A stretch of 29,895 bases of DNA from a bacterium (GTDB taxonomy: Bacteria > Babelota > Babeliae > Babelales > JAUWHS01): the NCBI GenBank assembly GCA_043818275.1, contig JBDRFY010000046.1, positions 1 to 29,895 on the forward strand. Reading direction: 5' to 3'. Positions within the stretch are counted from its first letter, which is position 1, and each line of letters opens with the position of its first letter. A program made the position numbers and the translations under genes. The notes beneath the pieces are model-generated. The model worked only from the letters and a program-made list of their open reading frames with translations, did not search any database and had not been told where the DNA came from. Positions 27,613-29,895 of this stretch are shown here, piece after piece.

Positions 27613-29010
27613 TTACTGATAAATCTCTCCATCATTAACAGATTCAAATCTGGTAATTTCTCCGGTAAATCTAACCTGAAAAACTCCAACGGGACCATTT
27701 CTTTGTTTTCCAATTATTATTTCAGAAACATCTGGGTTGTCGGTATCAGGATTATAAATCACATCCCGATAAATAAAAAAGATTACATCTCCATCCTGTT
27801 CAATCGCGCCAGATTCGCGAAGATCTGAAAGTAATGGTCTTTTGTCCATCCGACTTTCAAGTGAACGGGATAATTGCGATAAAGCTAAAATTGGTACGTT
27901 CAGTTCTTTGGCTAAAGCTTTAAGCGAGCGTGAAATTTCTGAAATTTCCTGTGTTCTGTTTTCATGCCATTTGGTTGTTGTTATAAGTTGCAAATAATCG
28001 ATAACAAAAAACTTTATATCATGTTTAGACTTTAATTTTCTCGCCTTAGCCCTTAATTCCATAAGGCTAAGACCTGGTGTGTCATCAATATAAATATTTG
28101 CTTCTGCCAGACGCGCCGCAGTATTTGTAAGTTCCATCCATTCTTCGGAAGATACAGTTGCATTTCTTATTTTTTGATGTGGTATACCAGATTCAGAAGA
28201 TAACATTCTTAATGTTAATTGCTCTGATGACATTTCAAGTGAAAAAATACCTACTGCGTGTCCACTACTCCATGCGTTAACCGCCATATTTAAAGCTAAT
28301 GCTGTTTTACCCATAGAAGGTCGAGCGGCCAAAATTAACAAATCACCTTTTTGCATACCGGCCGTCATGTTATCAAATTGAGCAAACCCGCTTGGCACCC
28401 CGGTTACCCCTTCACGACTTCCTTTAATTTCAGCCAATTGTTTAAATGTTTTTTTGAGCAACGTATCCAGTTTTAAAAAAGAAGGTGAAGTTAATTTATT
28501 TGAAATCTGAAAAATTTTTTTTTCAGCATTATCTAAAACAAAGTCTATTTCCGTTGATTTTTGATCATAGCAAGTTGAAATTATATCTGCGGCCGAATGA
28601 ATTAATTCCCGCAATATAGATTTTTCTTTTACTACTTTGGCATGTTGTTCAATTAATCCGATTGCAGGTATATCTTCCTGCAATTCAATTAAGTACTCTA
28701 TTCCGCCAATTAAATCCAACTGTTTTTTAGAAGCCAGGTGATCCTGCAAAATTACCAGGTCTATTTTTTTGTTGGCCTGAGCCAATTCTAAAATAGCCTC
28801 ATATATTAATTGATGTGATTTATCATAAAAATCTAATGGTTTTAAAGTATCTGATATTAATGTAAGGTTTTCATCATTAAGTAGTACAGCAGCTAAAACA
28901 CTTGTTTCCGCCTGCATGCTTACAGGCAAGCTTTTTCCTAAAAATTCTTCTGTCTGAACTTTACTCAACGATGACTTATTACGGCTTCCCCTTGCCCTGT
29001 ATTCTGACAT
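27613..29010 (-). CDS. dnaB: Replicative DNA helicase
   Basis: AARPSMGKT, FSLEMS, IDYLQL, LSQLSR, SDLRESGAIEQD, KQRNGP; no intein. Confidence 0.98.
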   Translation of the reverse strand: MSEYRARGSRNKSSLSKVQTEEFLGKSLPVSMQAETSVLAAVLLNDENLTLISDTLKPLDFYDKSHQLIYEAILELAQANKKIDLVILQDHLASKKQLDLIGGIEYLIELQEDIPAIGLIEQHAKVVKEKSILRELIHSAADIISTCYDQKSTEIDFVLDNAEKKIFQISNKLTSPSFLKLDTLLKKTFKQLAEIKGSREGVTGVPSGFAQFDNMTAGMQKGDLLILAARPSMGKTALALNMAVNAWSSGHAVGIFSLEMSSEQLTLRMLSSESGIPHQKIRNATVSSEEWMELTNTAARLAEANIYIDDTPGLSLMELRAKARKLKSKHDIKFFVIDYLQLITTTKWHENRTQEISEISRSLKALAKELNVPILALSQLSRSLESRMDKRPLLSDLRESGAIEQDGDVIFFIYRDVIYNPDTDNPDVSEIIIGKQRNGPVGVFQVRFTGEITRFESVNDGEIYQ

Positions 29011-29034
29011 AGCTAGTTTAAAAGGACCTTTTAA

Positions 29035-29478
29035 TTATTTTTCTACAACCTTTAATATAAATTCAGGTTTTAATTTAGATGATAATTTTACAATAACTTT
29101 ATGTTCACCGATTTTTTTAATTGCTTTTGGAAAATCAATTTGTTTTTTATTAACAGAAATCTCTTTTTCTTTTAAAAGTTCAACAATTTCATCAGCACTT
29201 ACAGATCCATAAAGTTTTCCATCATCATGTATTTTTTCTTTAATTATTAAATGTAAATTTTTTATTTTTTCAGCAAGCATAGAGGTTTTGTTACTCAAAA
29301 CCTTTTTATTGACTTCTATTTTTTTAATTTTGGATTTAAAAAAAGCTTCATTAGCTTTATCTATTTTGTTAGCAAGCTTTCTAGGGATTAAAAAGTTTTT
29401 AGCGTAACCATCGGAAACTTTTACAACTTGCCCTGCCAATCCAACATTTTCAACATCTTTAAGTAAATATACTTCCAT
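29035..29478 (-). CDS. rplI: 50S ribosomal protein L9
   Basis: MEVYLLKDVENVG, VSDGYAKNFLIPR, GKLYGSV. Confidence 0.97.
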   Translation of the reverse strand: MEVYLLKDVENVGLAGQVVKVSDGYAKNFLIPRKLANKIDKANEAFFKSKIKKIEVNKKVLSNKTSMLAEKIKNLHLIIKEKIHDDGKLYGSVSADEIVELLKEKEISVNKKQIDFPKAIKKIGEHKVIVKLSSKLKPEFILKVVEK

Positions 29479-29712
29479 TGTCTTCCTTCCGGTTTTAGCC
29501 CGATGTGGCTATCTTTAGAAATTTAATTTTTATTGATTAAAACAATAATTCTTTTAACTAAGCAGTTTTATATGTATACCAGATTTTTAATAATTTTTCT
29601 AAAATATTTTGTAAAGAAATCAATCGAAACAATTCCCATGATAAATTTTGTAGATCTTATAGTAATTACTCACCTACAAAAAAAGTATCTAATCAACCCA
29701 AATTTTAGTTCT

Positions 29713-29895
29713 TCAATATATTGTTTGGCCGACGTCTGTTGCTTGGACGCCTTTTATTATTATGCTATACGTTTTGGATATGTTATCGTCATAAGCAGTC
29801 AAAACTAATTGACCATCTGGTGAAAACATTGCTAAACAAAGCTTAAAATTAATTATCGAATTCGCGTTAAAATATGTTCACAGTTTTTATGATTT
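29713..29895 (-). pseudogene. Degraded WD40-repeat gene fragment
   Basis: Minus frame reads AMFSPDGQLVLTAYDDNISKTY (WD40-like); in-frame stops upstream; a neighbouring frame reads NHKNCEHILT. Confidence 0.5.

Noticed and set aside
29483..29493. CCGGAAGGAAG on the minus strand resembling the SRP RNA loop
   Set aside because: Lacks the flanking CAGG/GCAGC and the long stem; explained as the rplI RBS
29533..29808. 91-aa + ORF
   Set aside because: TTG start without SD, low-complexity AT-driven composition, overlaps the WD40 remnant on the opposite strand

Overview
AT-rich (roughly 28% GC by eye) bacterial chromosome segment, genetic code 11, mostly housekeeping genes: carD-miaA-ppiD-recA-infC-rpmI-rplT-zapB/zapA-rny-ymdB-lptF/G-eamA (+), gmk-[acyl ligase/ACP/acyltransferase]-polyprenyl synthase (-), proS-xerD (+), cdd and ogg (-), dnaN-recF (+), rplI-dnaB-ruvC (-). 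Interspersed signal-peptide proteins with eukaryote-like domains (F-box plus NLS-like, LRR-like, a WD40 remnant) suggest an intracellular parasite of eukaryotes; Dependentiae/Babelota (TM6) is my inference, not a proven assignment. The most notable items not explained by the ORF track are: (1) a candidate ~110-nt sRNA between recF and ruvC with promoter, 5' hairpin, tandem anti-SD seed and terminator, plus a sibling unit sharing the seed; (2) an F-box/NLS secreted protein at the left edge that the ORF track missed; (3) a cytidine deaminase with an N-terminal signal peptide; (4) a highly structured zapA-rny spacer at the usual 6S RNA position. No CRISPR array, rRNA, tRNA or transposase was seen.
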